Of a stretch of DNA of 64,000 bases, positions 8,633 to 17,495 are shown one piece after another. The DNA is taken from the NCBI GenBank assembly GCA_902763535.1, contig CACWSG010000003.1, positions 88,779 through 152,778 on the forward strand, read 5' to 3'. The stretch comes from an uncultured Pseudomonadota bacterium (lineage in GTDB: Bacteria; Pseudomonadota; Alphaproteobacteria; RF32; CAG-239). A program made the position numbers and the translations under genes. The stretch's first letter is position 1; every line of letters starts with the position of its first letter. The notes under the pieces were generated by a model. That model was not told the origin of the DNA. It did not search any database and was given only the letters and a program-made list of their open reading frames with translations.

Positions 8633-9595
8633 ATGGCTAACTATGAAAAAATGTATGATTTGTTTGATTTGGCTCTTTGGATGCAAGAGACAAGTGAAGG
8701 CTTATCTTTAGAGGACATTGAGCAAAAATATAACGTTTCTCGCAGAACTGCCGAGCGCATGCGTAATGCTTTAATGACCTATTTTCCGCAAATGGAAGAA
8801 GTGGCAACCGGAGAACGCACAAAACGCTGGCGAATTACACAACGCAGTTTGAACAGTTTTATTTCGTTTTCCGCTGAAGAATTAGCCGTATTCAAAACCG
8901 CTATTGATAAGCTAAAACAGAGCAATATGAAAGAAAAAGCTGATACTTTAGCTCATATTGAACTAAAATTACGCAATCTCTTAAAACCGGAGCAAAAGAA
9001 CAAAATTGAAGTTGATGCCGATGAATTGATGAAATCCGAAGGTTTGGTCTTGCACCCGGGGCCACGAATTGAACTCAATAAAGAGATATTAGATACTTTG
9101 CGCCAAGCTATTCTTTCTTGTCATCATATAAAAATGTCTTATTGGACTAAATATACCGGCAAAACTCATACTTACACAGTTATTCCTTACGGTTTCTTAT
9201 ATGGACAGCGTGACCACTATCTGGTTGCCAAGCATAGTGATGGTTATGACAACGGCAAAGCACACAATTTTTTGCTTCAAAAGATTAAAAGCGTTGAAAT
9301 ACTGCCGGATGTTTTTGACAGTTCGGAATTTGATTTGAATGAATATGCGCTTGAATCTTTTGGGGCGTTTCACGAAGAACCGTTTGATGTGGAATGGCTG
9401 TTTGATAAAGAAGTTGCAGATGAAGCAAAGAACTTTATTTTTCATCCGAAGCAAAAACTTATCAAAAATCCTGATGGAACACTAACTGTTAAATTCAAAG
9501 CCGGTGGCAGACGTGAAATGGATTGGCATTTATATACATGGGGAGATAAAGTAAAGGTCATCAAACCAAAAGATTGGTATAAGAGCAATGTTTGA
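8633..9595 (+). CDS. WYL-domain transcriptional regulator (HTH-WYL-WCX type, BrxR/CapW-like)
   Basis: N-terminal HTH (LSLEDIEQKYNVSRRTAERMRNAL) and central WYL-like segment (YTVIPYGFLYGQRDHYLVAK). It is divergent from the 7702-8502 gene. An alternative start is at 8594. Confidence 0.7.
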   Translation: MANYEKMYDLFDLALWMQETSEGLSLEDIEQKYNVSRRTAERMRNALMTYFPQMEEVATGERTKRWRITQRSLNSFISFSAEELAVFKTAIDKLKQSNMKEKADTLAHIELKLRNLLKPEQKNKIEVDADELMKSEGLVLHPGPRIELNKEILDTLRQAILSCHHIKMSYWTKYTGKTHTYTVIPYGFLYGQRDHYLVAKHSDGYDNGKAHNFLLQKIKSVEILPDVFDSSEFDLNEYALESFGAFHEEPFDVEWLFDKEVADEAKNFIFHPKQKLIKNPDGTLTVKFKAGGRREMDWHLYTWGDKVKVIKPKDWYKSNV

Positions 9596-9786
9596 ATAGA
9601 TTAAGATACTTCATACTTTACATATTTTAAAACTATGAAGCATTATCTTGACAAGGCAAAATCAAACCAATCACTTATACCGCCTCCGGTTATGCAATGT
9701 TTGATGAAAAGCAGGTCGCTGAGGTTAAGAAGGATTAGTTGTATTTATGTAATAGGAGCAAAGTAAAGATTAATTTCAAAACTTAT

Positions 9787-9814
9787 CCAAAGGTGTCGAA
9801 TTCGACACCTTTGG
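9787..9814. terminator. Perfect 28-bp palindrome, bidirectional terminator between convergent genes
   Basis: ccaaaggtgtcgaattcgacacctttgg. Confidence 0.6.
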
Positions 9815-9837
9815 AAGAGAGCACAGTAAAACTTTGT

Positions 9838-10176
9838 TTATTTTTTATTGGTTTCACTCCCTTTTAAGCTAAAACTCCAACCATATTTAGCCGCATCAAT
9901 TTTATGAATTTTCCAATGTTCACTCTGATTTTTAAATACTTGTAAATTATCAAAAGAATTATCTTGTTTATCACGATTTTTATGATGCACAATTTCTGTA
10001 TCTTTTAAGGGCCTGCCTAACTTCATTTCAGCGACACAGCGATGCACCAATTTATCGCTATCTTTAAACCTTTTATACCCATTATTATCCGTATATGTTC
10101 TTGAAGATTTTCTTCTAGAAGACAGAGACGCATTTCTGCACCTTGAAGTAGTTGTTTTAAACATAGCTTTCTCCAT
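9838..10176 (-). CDS. HNH endonuclease
   Basis: LVHRCVAE..EIVHHKNRDKQDNSFDNLQV..HWKIH matches the HNH signature (H-H-N...N...H). Confidence 0.75.
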   Translation of the reverse strand: MEKAMFKTTTSRCRNASLSSRRKSSRTYTDNNGYKRFKDSDKLVHRCVAEMKLGRPLKDTEIVHHKNRDKQDNSFDNLQVFKNQSEHWKIHKIDAAKYGWSFSLKGSETNKK

Positions 10177-10381
10177 ATTATTGTTGTTATATTGTGTGAA
10201 AGCAGTGCTGGTCGGATTATCTCCGCTTCTTAATTGGTTCTCCTCGATATTTATCTATCGGTTATTTGCTCGATAATTTTAGATTATCGTATCCTGCTAT
10301 TTGATAATATAGATTTATAAAAATAGTTTCGCAAGTCCTTTAGATTACTTTTGATATAAATATTATTTAAATTTTCTTCTA

Positions 10382-10679
10382 TTTCACTGGACTTCTGCTG
10401 AAATCCAAGCATTCATTGTATCAAACGAAAGGAAATACAATGAAAACAGTTAAGATTTACATGGTTCGGAAGCCGTCAGATATCGACGAAGTTAAGGAAT
10501 TATGCCGGCGCTATAACAATCAGGCCGAAGAAGTGACGGTAGCAGAAACGGTCAACCTGCCTCCGGTCTGGTATGGTGCAGTGTGCCGAGCGCCGCTTGA
10601 CGATTACATCTTTTTATCCGGCAAAGGCGGTTATGATGATGAAAACCACCGCCAAGTGGTTGCCCTACAGTGTCCCGGC
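10382..10679. repeat. Left arm of an inverted repeat of about 300 bp (partner 27290-27588)
   Basis: The 5' leader plus most of the paralogous ORF align by eye in inverted orientation. Confidence 0.8.
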
Positions 10680-10742
10680 AAACCGGGAGTGGTTTATGAA
10701 TACCGATCCGGCACAACAACGCAAACCAGACCCGCTGTTTGA
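10440..10742 (+). CDS. Hypothetical protein, paralogue 1 (inverted copy at 27224-27529)
   Basis: MKTVKIYMVRKPSDIDEV..GKGGYDDENHRQVVALQCPG is about 85 percent identical to the other copy as far as CPG. An RBS (aaaggaaa) precedes the ATG. Confidence 0.55.
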   Translation: MKTVKIYMVRKPSDIDEVKELCRRYNNQAEEVTVAETVNLPPVWYGAVCRAPLDDYIFLSGKGGYDDENHRQVVALQCPGKPGVVYEYRSGTTTQTRPAV

Positions 10743-11061
10743 GGCGCAAGGTGGCGTTCGTATGAGCAATATGGGAACCTTTCAGCAGGCAAAGACTGCA
10801 GATATTTATTATCGGGCGATGTTGGCTAAGGCTAAACTCAAGATGCTGACCGGCGAGATGGTTGACCGCAAACGTGCCGGCAATTATGCCTTTAACCTCG
10901 GTCGAGCGTTGAGAGATTTGTTTATGAGCTTCCCGGTGCACTACGGTGCCTTAATTGCCGCCGAACTCTGAACCGATGAACACCAAACCTCCGCAATCTT
11001 GGACGAGTACATCCGTAAAATGCTCACCGAAAGCCAGGATATTTTAAGTAAGGAGCTGTGA
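10696..11061 (+). pseudogene. Phage terminase small-subunit-like gene interrupted by an in-frame TGA (10969-10971)
   Basis: MLAKAKLKMLTGEMVDRKRAGNYAFNLGRALRDLFMSFP..AAEL-stop-TDEHQTSAILDEYIRKMLTES resembles Nu1/TerS-type proteins (lysine-rich helix, then ILD-E-IR C-terminus). Confidence 0.4.
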
Positions 11062-11203
11062 GATAAATTTCCACAAAAGACCGAATTTGATATAAATATT
11101 TTGAAAAACAATGAGATATATTTGATTAAAAATGTTAGTCATCTTGATTTTTAAGTAAAAAAATAGGGGCCGATAATCAGCCCCTTTTTTATTGGATGAT
11201 AAT

Positions 11204-11503
11204 TTAAGCGTTGGTCTTAAGGTAATAAGTCCGGATGCCTTCTTTCTTTTTGGAGGCGATGGTTCCACCGGTCTTTTTAGCATAGGCTGACATCGCACCG
11301 CGTATAGAGTTTTCTTTCCATCCAAGAGCCTCTGCCATCTCTTTTAAGGTTGCACCTTCCGGACGGCTGAGCACCACAACCATAAAGGCTGTTTTATCGC
11401 GGTGGTCTAGCGCTACCGGTTCTATTTTGATTTCTACTTTAGCTTTGGAGACCGATTTTTTTGTTGTGGCCTTAGCTCTTGAACTTTTCTTTTGTGTTGT
11501 CAT
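11204..11503 (-). CDS. DUF3489-family protein
   Basis: LSRPEGATLKEMAEALGWKENSIRGAMS matches the DUF3489 core (GAT..E....GW..HS.RG) common in alphaproteobacterial mobile DNA. Confidence 0.6.
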   Translation of the reverse strand: MTTQKKSSRAKATTKKSVSKAKVEIKIEPVALDHRDKTAFMVVVLSRPEGATLKEMAEALGWKENSIRGAMSAYAKKTGGTIASKKKEGIRTYYLKTNA

Positions 11504-11686
11504 TGTAACGTCCTTTCTATCTGGTTAACACAACACAATGAATGCTTGGAAATAAAATTATATCCAGTAAATAATGCAATAAAAGTGCAGAAATACGCAA
11601 AAAATTCCACAAATGGCCAAATTTAAGATAAATACTCTGAAAATCTATGAGACGCCAAACCTGCAATATTTCAAAAAAGCATCTAG

Positions 11687-12475
11687 TTATAAAACTGATC
11701 TTTCATTTTGTTTAATCAAAAATCTTAAACAATGACGGCATAAATTATACCATTTTTTTGTATATAATCGTTCCTTGAAAAGATTTTCTTTATCTTTTGG
11801 TTCACTATTATCTTTTATTATCTGAAGAACATCTTTTTGAATATTTCTATGTGAATGATATTTAATTAAATCTGTATACTCATTTCTGTGGCAATCCTTA
11901 AATTTTTTACCACTTCCACAGGGGCATAAATGGTGCCCACTTATAGAATTCTTAAAAAAAGCAATATTAAGCAAGAAATTTTGCGTCACCCTTTCATCCT
12001 TAAATTTGAATAAAGATTGGTAGTATTCTATAATTCCCTTACTGCAATGCCCTCTTGTTGGCCATGGATACTTGTTATATCTTTCATGAAAAGTATTTGC
12101 ATATAGAAAAGGAACAACTATGTCTGTAATGAAGTATTTAAATGTAGGATTATCACGTATTTTTTTATTTATTTCTCCGGGAACACCTAAACAAAATCCG
12201 TCCCCTTCCTTATCATTATGATAATCTGCCGAGCTCTCGATACGACCACTTGTCTCCCTTACAATCGGAATTGTATGTGGAAAATCTGTAGGAAACAAAA
12301 TTTGTATTGAATATTCGTCCTGTAGTTGCACTTCTTCATAAATTTGATTAAATTGTATTTTTCCTGTTATTTCAATTTTATCTTTTAATGCCTGAAGGCT
12401 CGTTTCCTTAAAATTGAATCCTACACCACCATTCGTAATTGCATCATACACTTCGTCTATTAAATTGCTCATCAT
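11687..12475 (-). CDS. Prokaryotic E2 (UBC-fold)-like protein with C-terminal SEC-C zinc motif
   Basis: ILFPTDFPHTIPIV..YHNDKEGDGFCLGVP resembles the E2 core (FP..P.V...H.N..G.iCL), with Cys95 at the catalytic position. CPCGSGKKFKDCH (aa 184-196) is a canonical SEC-C motif. There is an ATGA overlap with the upstream NTase gene. Confidence 0.5.
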   Translation of the reverse strand: MMSNLIDEVYDAITNGGVGFNFKETSLQALKDKIEITGKIQFNQIYEEVQLQDEYSIQILFPTDFPHTIPIVRETSGRIESSADYHNDKEGDGFCLGVPGEINKKIRDNPTFKYFITDIVVPFLYANTFHERYNKYPWPTRGHCSKGIIEYYQSLFKFKDERVTQNFLLNIAFFKNSISGHHLCPCGSGKKFKDCHRNEYTDLIKYHSHRNIQKDVLQIIKDNSEPKDKENLFKERLYTKKWYNLCRHCLRFLIKQNERSVL

Positions 12476-13497
12476 TTATACCATTGCTTTGAAGGATTTG
12501 TAATTATATGTGGTTGTATAGTATTCGGTGATTTAGTTTCCAATTTATCTGCATACCCAAAATGTTCAAATAGTAATTTTGATAAATCCGTTTTACTATT
12601 TTGTACAATTATATGTGAATATCTGTTAGTCAAATCATCTAATTTTTCTACCCATATCCTAAAATTTTCTTTTCTTTTTGGATGTTTCATCCATGCATCA
12701 GCAAAATTTTCCCTTGGATCAACCGGATTAAGAATGACACCACTTTTGAGTATTTCTCGTGCCTCAGATTTGATTCCAGCACATATTTTTGAAAAAGCAG
12801 TAGCCAAATCTTGCTCACCATCATAATTTTTAGCAGCTAAAGTTGTTACAATCATTGAGATAGGACGATTATCTAAATCATTTCTAAATATAAAATTTCG
12901 ATGATACTTCATTATTTTAACTATTTTTTGCAACGGTAAATTATTGTCTTGCTTCGGTAATGGTTGTATAGAATTTTCTACAAAACTTCTTCTTTGGCCT
13001 TGTGATGCACGACTGTTAAACCATTCTGCATATCCTAAAGGATTTGTTGATTGCCATTCTTTTTTATCCTTATCTGGAATCAATAATAACGGGGTTTGTC
13101 CGTTAATTAAGTCCGGATCGGGGATCGCTGGTAAAATATCAACATGAAAATTTTCATAATTTAATCGCCAACAACGTTTTTTGGGTTCGAGCATAGGTTT
13201 TTTATAATTTTTATTTAAAGTATCACCTAATAAAGTATATAGTTCCTCTTGGTTGATGTCGGATTTAGCTATATCAAGCAGACAAACAAAATCTAAATCG
13301 AATTCATCCTTGTCTTCTACAGGACGTATAATTGTTTTTAACTTAAAGGATCCTTGAGGAAAAATATCAGGAGAATAATCCTCTAGACTTTTTGATAAAA
13401 ATTCAGATGTCACTTTATATATGTTTTCTGCCTTTTTCTCCATTTCTGGTGTAATATTAATTCTTTCTTTGAGTAATTCATCTAAGTTCATCATCAT
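12472..13497 (-). CDS. CD-NTase/SMODS-like nucleotidyltransferase
   Basis: Pol-beta NTase signature is present: QGS(49-50)FKLKT..DEFD67LD69F and HVD120ILPA. It is followed by W.STNP.GY..WF, as in cGAS/DncV-like enzymes. Confidence 0.6.
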   Translation of the reverse strand: MMMNLDELLKERINITPEMEKKAENIYKVTSEFLSKSLEDYSPDIFPQGSFKLKTIIRPVEDKDEFDLDFVCLLDIAKSDINQEELYTLLGDTLNKNYKKPMLEPKKRCWRLNYENFHVDILPAIPDPDLINGQTPLLLIPDKDKKEWQSTNPLGYAEWFNSRASQGQRRSFVENSIQPLPKQDNNLPLQKIVKIMKYHRNFIFRNDLDNRPISMIVTTLAAKNYDGEQDLATAFSKICAGIKSEAREILKSGVILNPVDPRENFADAWMKHPKRKENFRIWVEKLDDLTNRYSHIIVQNSKTDLSKLLFEHFGYADKLETKSPNTIQPHIITNPSKQWYK

Positions 13498-13498
13498 T

Positions 13499-14419
13499 TT
13501 ATTCCTTTAGTTCCATAAAATTACGCAACTCTTTTGCATGATACGTAAAATAATTATCCGCCTTTGATATTAATTTATCAATTTGTGAACAGTCATCCAA
13601 AATTTGGCAAACATCACTTTCGTAATCAATTCTCTTTATTTGTTCTTTCTGCAACAAAAGAGTTACATAATTATCTGCAGATTGTGATTGAAGTGAGAAA
13701 ATTAAATCAATAAGTTTTTTACCCTTCCACCCATTTAATATTCCCCATTTTTTTACTTTATTGAATTCAGGTTTATATAAACCAGTACCAACAGATAATA
13801 ATTTTATATCTGTCAGATTTTGATTACATCTTTTCAATGCATCAATAACAGCGATAAGAGAGGGATTATTTGCCCAAAGTCCTCCATCTGCTAATAAATA
13901 ATTGCCTGCATTATGAGGAGCAAAGTACACAGGAGCGGAACATGACCCTAGGACAGCATCGGAAACCTTTATGTCCTTATCCCGTATAAAATCCTTATGA
14001 TATTTTGACTTAGCTACAAATACATTTCCATTAAATATATCTGTACTTGGAATTATTAGCCTTTTATCTATATCTTTTAATTTTTTATCCTTAAATTTGT
14101 CATTAAGAATTTTTTTGAATTCTCTACTGTCATAGATAGAATTAAATAATCCCTTGCAAGAAATACCTATATGTTTTCGTTTTGTAAAAATAAGTGATCC
14201 TTTTTCAATATATAATTTTTCTACTTCATCAAGAGAAACATTGCACGCTATTGCCGCGGCAATGATCGATCCGGTACTGGTCCCTGCAATCAAATCAAAA
14301 TAATCATGCAATTTTATTTTGAACTCTTCTTCAATCCTTTTTAATATATGAGCAGAATAAACTCCTCTGATACCTCCGCCATCGATACTTAAAATTTTGA
14401 ATGTTTTTTTAGCGTCCAT
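13499..14419 (-). CDS. Patatin-like phospholipase (CapV-like effector)
   Basis: DGGGIRG oxyanion hole, G-T-S48-T-G nucleophile elbow and LADGG (Asp178) catalytic dyad are present. Confidence 0.85.
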   Translation of the reverse strand: MDAKKTFKILSIDGGGIRGVYSAHILKRIEEEFKIKLHDYFDLIAGTSTGSIIAAAIACNVSLDEVEKLYIEKGSLIFTKRKHIGISCKGLFNSIYDSREFKKILNDKFKDKKLKDIDKRLIIPSTDIFNGNVFVAKSKYHKDFIRDKDIKVSDAVLGSCSAPVYFAPHNAGNYLLADGGLWANNPSLIAVIDALKRCNQNLTDIKLLSVGTGLYKPEFNKVKKWGILNGWKGKKLIDLIFSLQSQSADNYVTLLLQKEQIKRIDYESDVCQILDDCSQIDKLISKADNYFTYHAKELRNFMELKE

Positions 14420-14438
14420 CGTCCACGTCCATTAAGTT

Positions 14439-17400
14439 CTATTCAGATCTAGCTTGTTGTCTAACTTCCTTAAACAACTGTGCGGCTAGAACTGCCATCA
14501 TAGCTTTGTATTTGTTTTTATCCTCAAATAATGAGTTATAGGCTTCTACTTGCTCATCAAATCCAGCATTTGCCGCTTCTCCGAAGAATTTAGGGAAAAT
14601 AGATGATGCGAAAATCTTCTCTTCATCATCTTTGCTTGATTTTATGAGCTTTTGTAATTTTTTATCAGCCATCAATTTATCGTGGATGGAATTATAAATT
14701 ACTTTGTCTGCCTCTGTTAAATCAATACCAAACTGTTCGTTAATCCGCTTAATTACTTCATTTAATGGATCTAATAAAGCCGGATCCGGAACTTGACCAA
14801 CTTTGCCACCGACAGAACTTTCGCCTTTACCTTCAGCCAAAGAAATAGAGCCCTTAAATACTTCTTTGAGCTTATAATATTCAAGCTTTAGCTTGTTTTT
14901 AATATCAACAACCGGATCCGAATCTTCGGATAAGAATTTGCTCAAAGCGTTGGCATAAAGTACCTCTTTATGCAATTGTTCATTAAATAAGCGGTTAATT
15001 TGTGAAATATAATTGTACCATTTAACAAGGTTGCGGACATTGCGACGGAAATCAAATCTTTCAACTTCCTCTAATTTACTATATTTCTCTACAGCAGGCT
15101 CAAGCATACTTGCGATTTTACCTAAATCCTTATCAGACTGTGTTCCCTCACTGTAATAGAATTTAGCAAATTCCTCTACATTGGCTTCATTATATACCTT
15201 TGCTTCAGCAATTTTTGCTTGAACCTCAAATATCAAATCTGTATTGATTGATTCTTTTAAGAAGGTTTCGGTATAGAATGGCTCAAAAGCTTTTTTAATT
15301 TCATCAGCCGTATTGATAAAATCCAAAATAAACGTATCCGTTTTTCCCGGGCATACACGATTTAGGCGCGATAGTGTTTGAACGGCCTTTACACCTTTTA
15401 GTTTCTTATCCACTATCATTGTATGAAGCAACGGTTCATCAAAACCTGTTTGATATTTTTCAGCCACAACCAATACATTGAAATCATCATGGAAGTCACT
15501 TTTTAACTGTGTTTCGCTGATGCGTGTACCATCTTTTCTAACATTTAATTGTGGTTCCGTATATTCCACGCCACCATCTTTAACTGTTCCAGAAAACGCA
15601 ACCAAAACATCTATATTTTCATAATCTTTTGCATTTGGTCCTTGTTTCATATCTTCTAAATAACGGCGCATTTCTTGCAAATAGCGAACTGCGGCCAGAC
15701 GAGAAGACGCAACAATCATCATTTTACCCTTACCACCAATAGCTTTGCTGGTAATGTCTTTGAACGTTTCGATGATGATTTGTACTTTTGAAGAAATGTT
15801 ATACGGGTGCAAATCTGCGTATTTTTTAATAATTCTTGCCGCCGTTATTCCTTTTACCTCCGGATTATCCTTGGTTTTGTTAGCGATGGCATAACATGTT
15901 TTGTACGTCATGTAATTTTGCAAAACATCCATAATAAAGCCTTCTTCAATAGCTTGGCGCATTGAGTAAATATGGAATGGATGGAACTGTCCGTTACTAT
16001 CTTCGGAGCCAAAAATCTCTAATGTCTTTGGCTTTGGTGTAGCGGTAAAGGCAAAATAAGATAAGTTTTTATGCTTACCATGCTTTAAGAGTTCTTTCAA
16101 AATCGGATCCTCTTTATCAACTTCTTCTTCCGATTTTTCCTCCAACTCAGCATATTGGCGCAGAGCATCCGTATCATCTGCTAAGGCAATTTTTAATTTT
16201 GCGGCGGCAGAGCCGGTTTGGCTAGAATGTGCTTCATCGCAAATAATCGCAAAATTTTTACCTTTAGCATCTTCTATTTCCTTATATATCACCGGGAACT
16301 TCTGTAATGTGGTTACAATAATTCTAGCCCCGTCATTAATCGCTGTCTTCAAATCTTTGGCATGCTTATCTTTATCAATCGTTTCCACAAATCCCGGAAG
16401 ATGATCCATTCCGTCAACGGTATTTTGTAGCTGTTGATCCAATACGCGCCGGTCTGTCACAATGATAACGCTTTTGAAAAGGGGATCATTGTTTTTCTTA
16501 AAAATCGTGGCTAAACGATAAGCTACCCAAGAAATGGAGTTTGATTTACCGGAACCCGCACTATGTTCAATCAAATAGCTTTTGCCGGCACCATTTTCAG
16601 TAACATCTGCCACCAATTTGCGCACAACATCCAACTGATGATATCGTGGGAATATAAGGGTTTTCTTTGTTTCTGTTTTTCCACCTTTTTTCTTTTCTTC
16701 CGTAATTTCCAAGTTGATGAACTTTTGCAAAATATCCATCATAGATTCGCGCTGGAATACATTTTCCCAGATATAACTTGTCATATAACCATCCGGATTT
16801 GCCGGGTTGCCGGCGCCACCATCATTGCCTGCGCCGTTGGAGCCTTGGTTAAATGGTAAGAAAAATGTTTTCTCACCGTTTAATTTTGTAGCCATGGATG
16901 CTTGGCGCAAATCTACACAGAAGAAAGCAAGAATTCGGCTGTTAAACCGGAAACATAATTCACGAGGATTACGATCATAGCACCATTGGTGTTCGGCATT
17001 ACGAATATCTTGTCCGGTTAACTGGTTTTTGAGCTCAAATGCAAACAGAGGTATGCCGTTTAATACCAGAACCATATCAACGGATTTGTTATTATCAGCG
17101 GAGAAAAACCATTGGCGGTAGCAGTGCCAAATATTGCTGTTATAAAGAGCTATATCATCTTCATTTAAGGTCGATTCTGGCTTAAAATAACAGGCCTTAA
17201 AATCAACACCACCGCATTTGAAGCCTTTGCGCATAACTTTTAAGATGCCATCACGTTCCACAGCATCATTGAAGAAAGTTACAAATTTTTTCTCGGTGTT
17301 GTTTCCATAGGCAAACTCAAACTTTTTCCATGCTTTTGGTTGAGTTTTTTTGATAAACTCAATAAAAGTATCTTTGAACAAGGCACAAGAAGGATCGTAA

Positions 17401-17495
17401 GTGGCATCGCCTTTTTTATAGCCACCAGCTTTTGAGATAAAAAAGCTCTCAATATCGGCTTCAAAATTCTTTTCTTTAGTTTCAGTTATAGCCAT
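14439..17495 (-). CDS. hsdR: Type I restriction enzyme R subunit
   Basis: 1018 aa. N-terminal PD-(D/E)xK-like motif (DMVLVLNGIPLFAFELK), helicase motif I (SAGSGKSNS) and DEAH box (ICDEAHSSQ) are present. Confidence 0.9.
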   Translation of the reverse strand: MAITETKEKNFEADIESFFISKAGGYKKGDATYDPSCALFKDTFIEFIKKTQPKAWKKFEFAYGNNTEKKFVTFFNDAVERDGILKVMRKGFKCGGVDFKACYFKPESTLNEDDIALYNSNIWHCYRQWFFSADNNKSVDMVLVLNGIPLFAFELKNQLTGQDIRNAEHQWCYDRNPRELCFRFNSRILAFFCVDLRQASMATKLNGEKTFFLPFNQGSNGAGNDGGAGNPANPDGYMTSYIWENVFQRESMMDILQKFINLEITEEKKKGGKTETKKTLIFPRYHQLDVVRKLVADVTENGAGKSYLIEHSAGSGKSNSISWVAYRLATIFKKNNDPLFKSVIIVTDRRVLDQQLQNTVDGMDHLPGFVETIDKDKHAKDLKTAINDGARIIVTTLQKFPVIYKEIEDAKGKNFAIICDEAHSSQTGSAAAKLKIALADDTDALRQYAELEEKSEEEVDKEDPILKELLKHGKHKNLSYFAFTATPKPKTLEIFGSEDSNGQFHPFHIYSMRQAIEEGFIMDVLQNYMTYKTCYAIANKTKDNPEVKGITAARIIKKYADLHPYNISSKVQIIIETFKDITSKAIGGKGKMMIVASSRLAAVRYLQEMRRYLEDMKQGPNAKDYENIDVLVAFSGTVKDGGVEYTEPQLNVRKDGTRISETQLKSDFHDDFNVLVVAEKYQTGFDEPLLHTMIVDKKLKGVKAVQTLSRLNRVCPGKTDTFILDFINTADEIKKAFEPFYTETFLKESINTDLIFEVQAKIAEAKVYNEANVEEFAKFYYSEGTQSDKDLGKIASMLEPAVEKYSKLEEVERFDFRRNVRNLVKWYNYISQINRLFNEQLHKEVLYANALSKFLSEDSDPVVDIKNKLKLEYYKLKEVFKGSISLAEGKGESSVGGKVGQVPDPALLDPLNEVIKRINEQFGIDLTEADKVIYNSIHDKLMADKKLQKLIKSSKDDEEKIFASSIFPKFFGEAANAGFDEQVEAYNSLFEDKNKYKAMMAVLAAQLFKEVRQQARSE

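Noticed and set aside
10573-10695. The N-terminal 41 codons of the 132-aa track ORF as part of the TerS-like gene
   Set aside because: This part overlaps paralogue 1 in another frame and is within the inverted-repeat homology. The ATG at 10696, just after the homology ends, is the more plausible start.
10969-10971. TGA read as a sense codon (genetic code 4 or 25) to explain the interrupted TerS-like frame
   Set aside because: Well-supported genes in the window end at TGA at the expected protein lengths (for example nagA at 4395-4397), so standard code 11 applies. The interruption is treated as a pseudogene or possible read-through.
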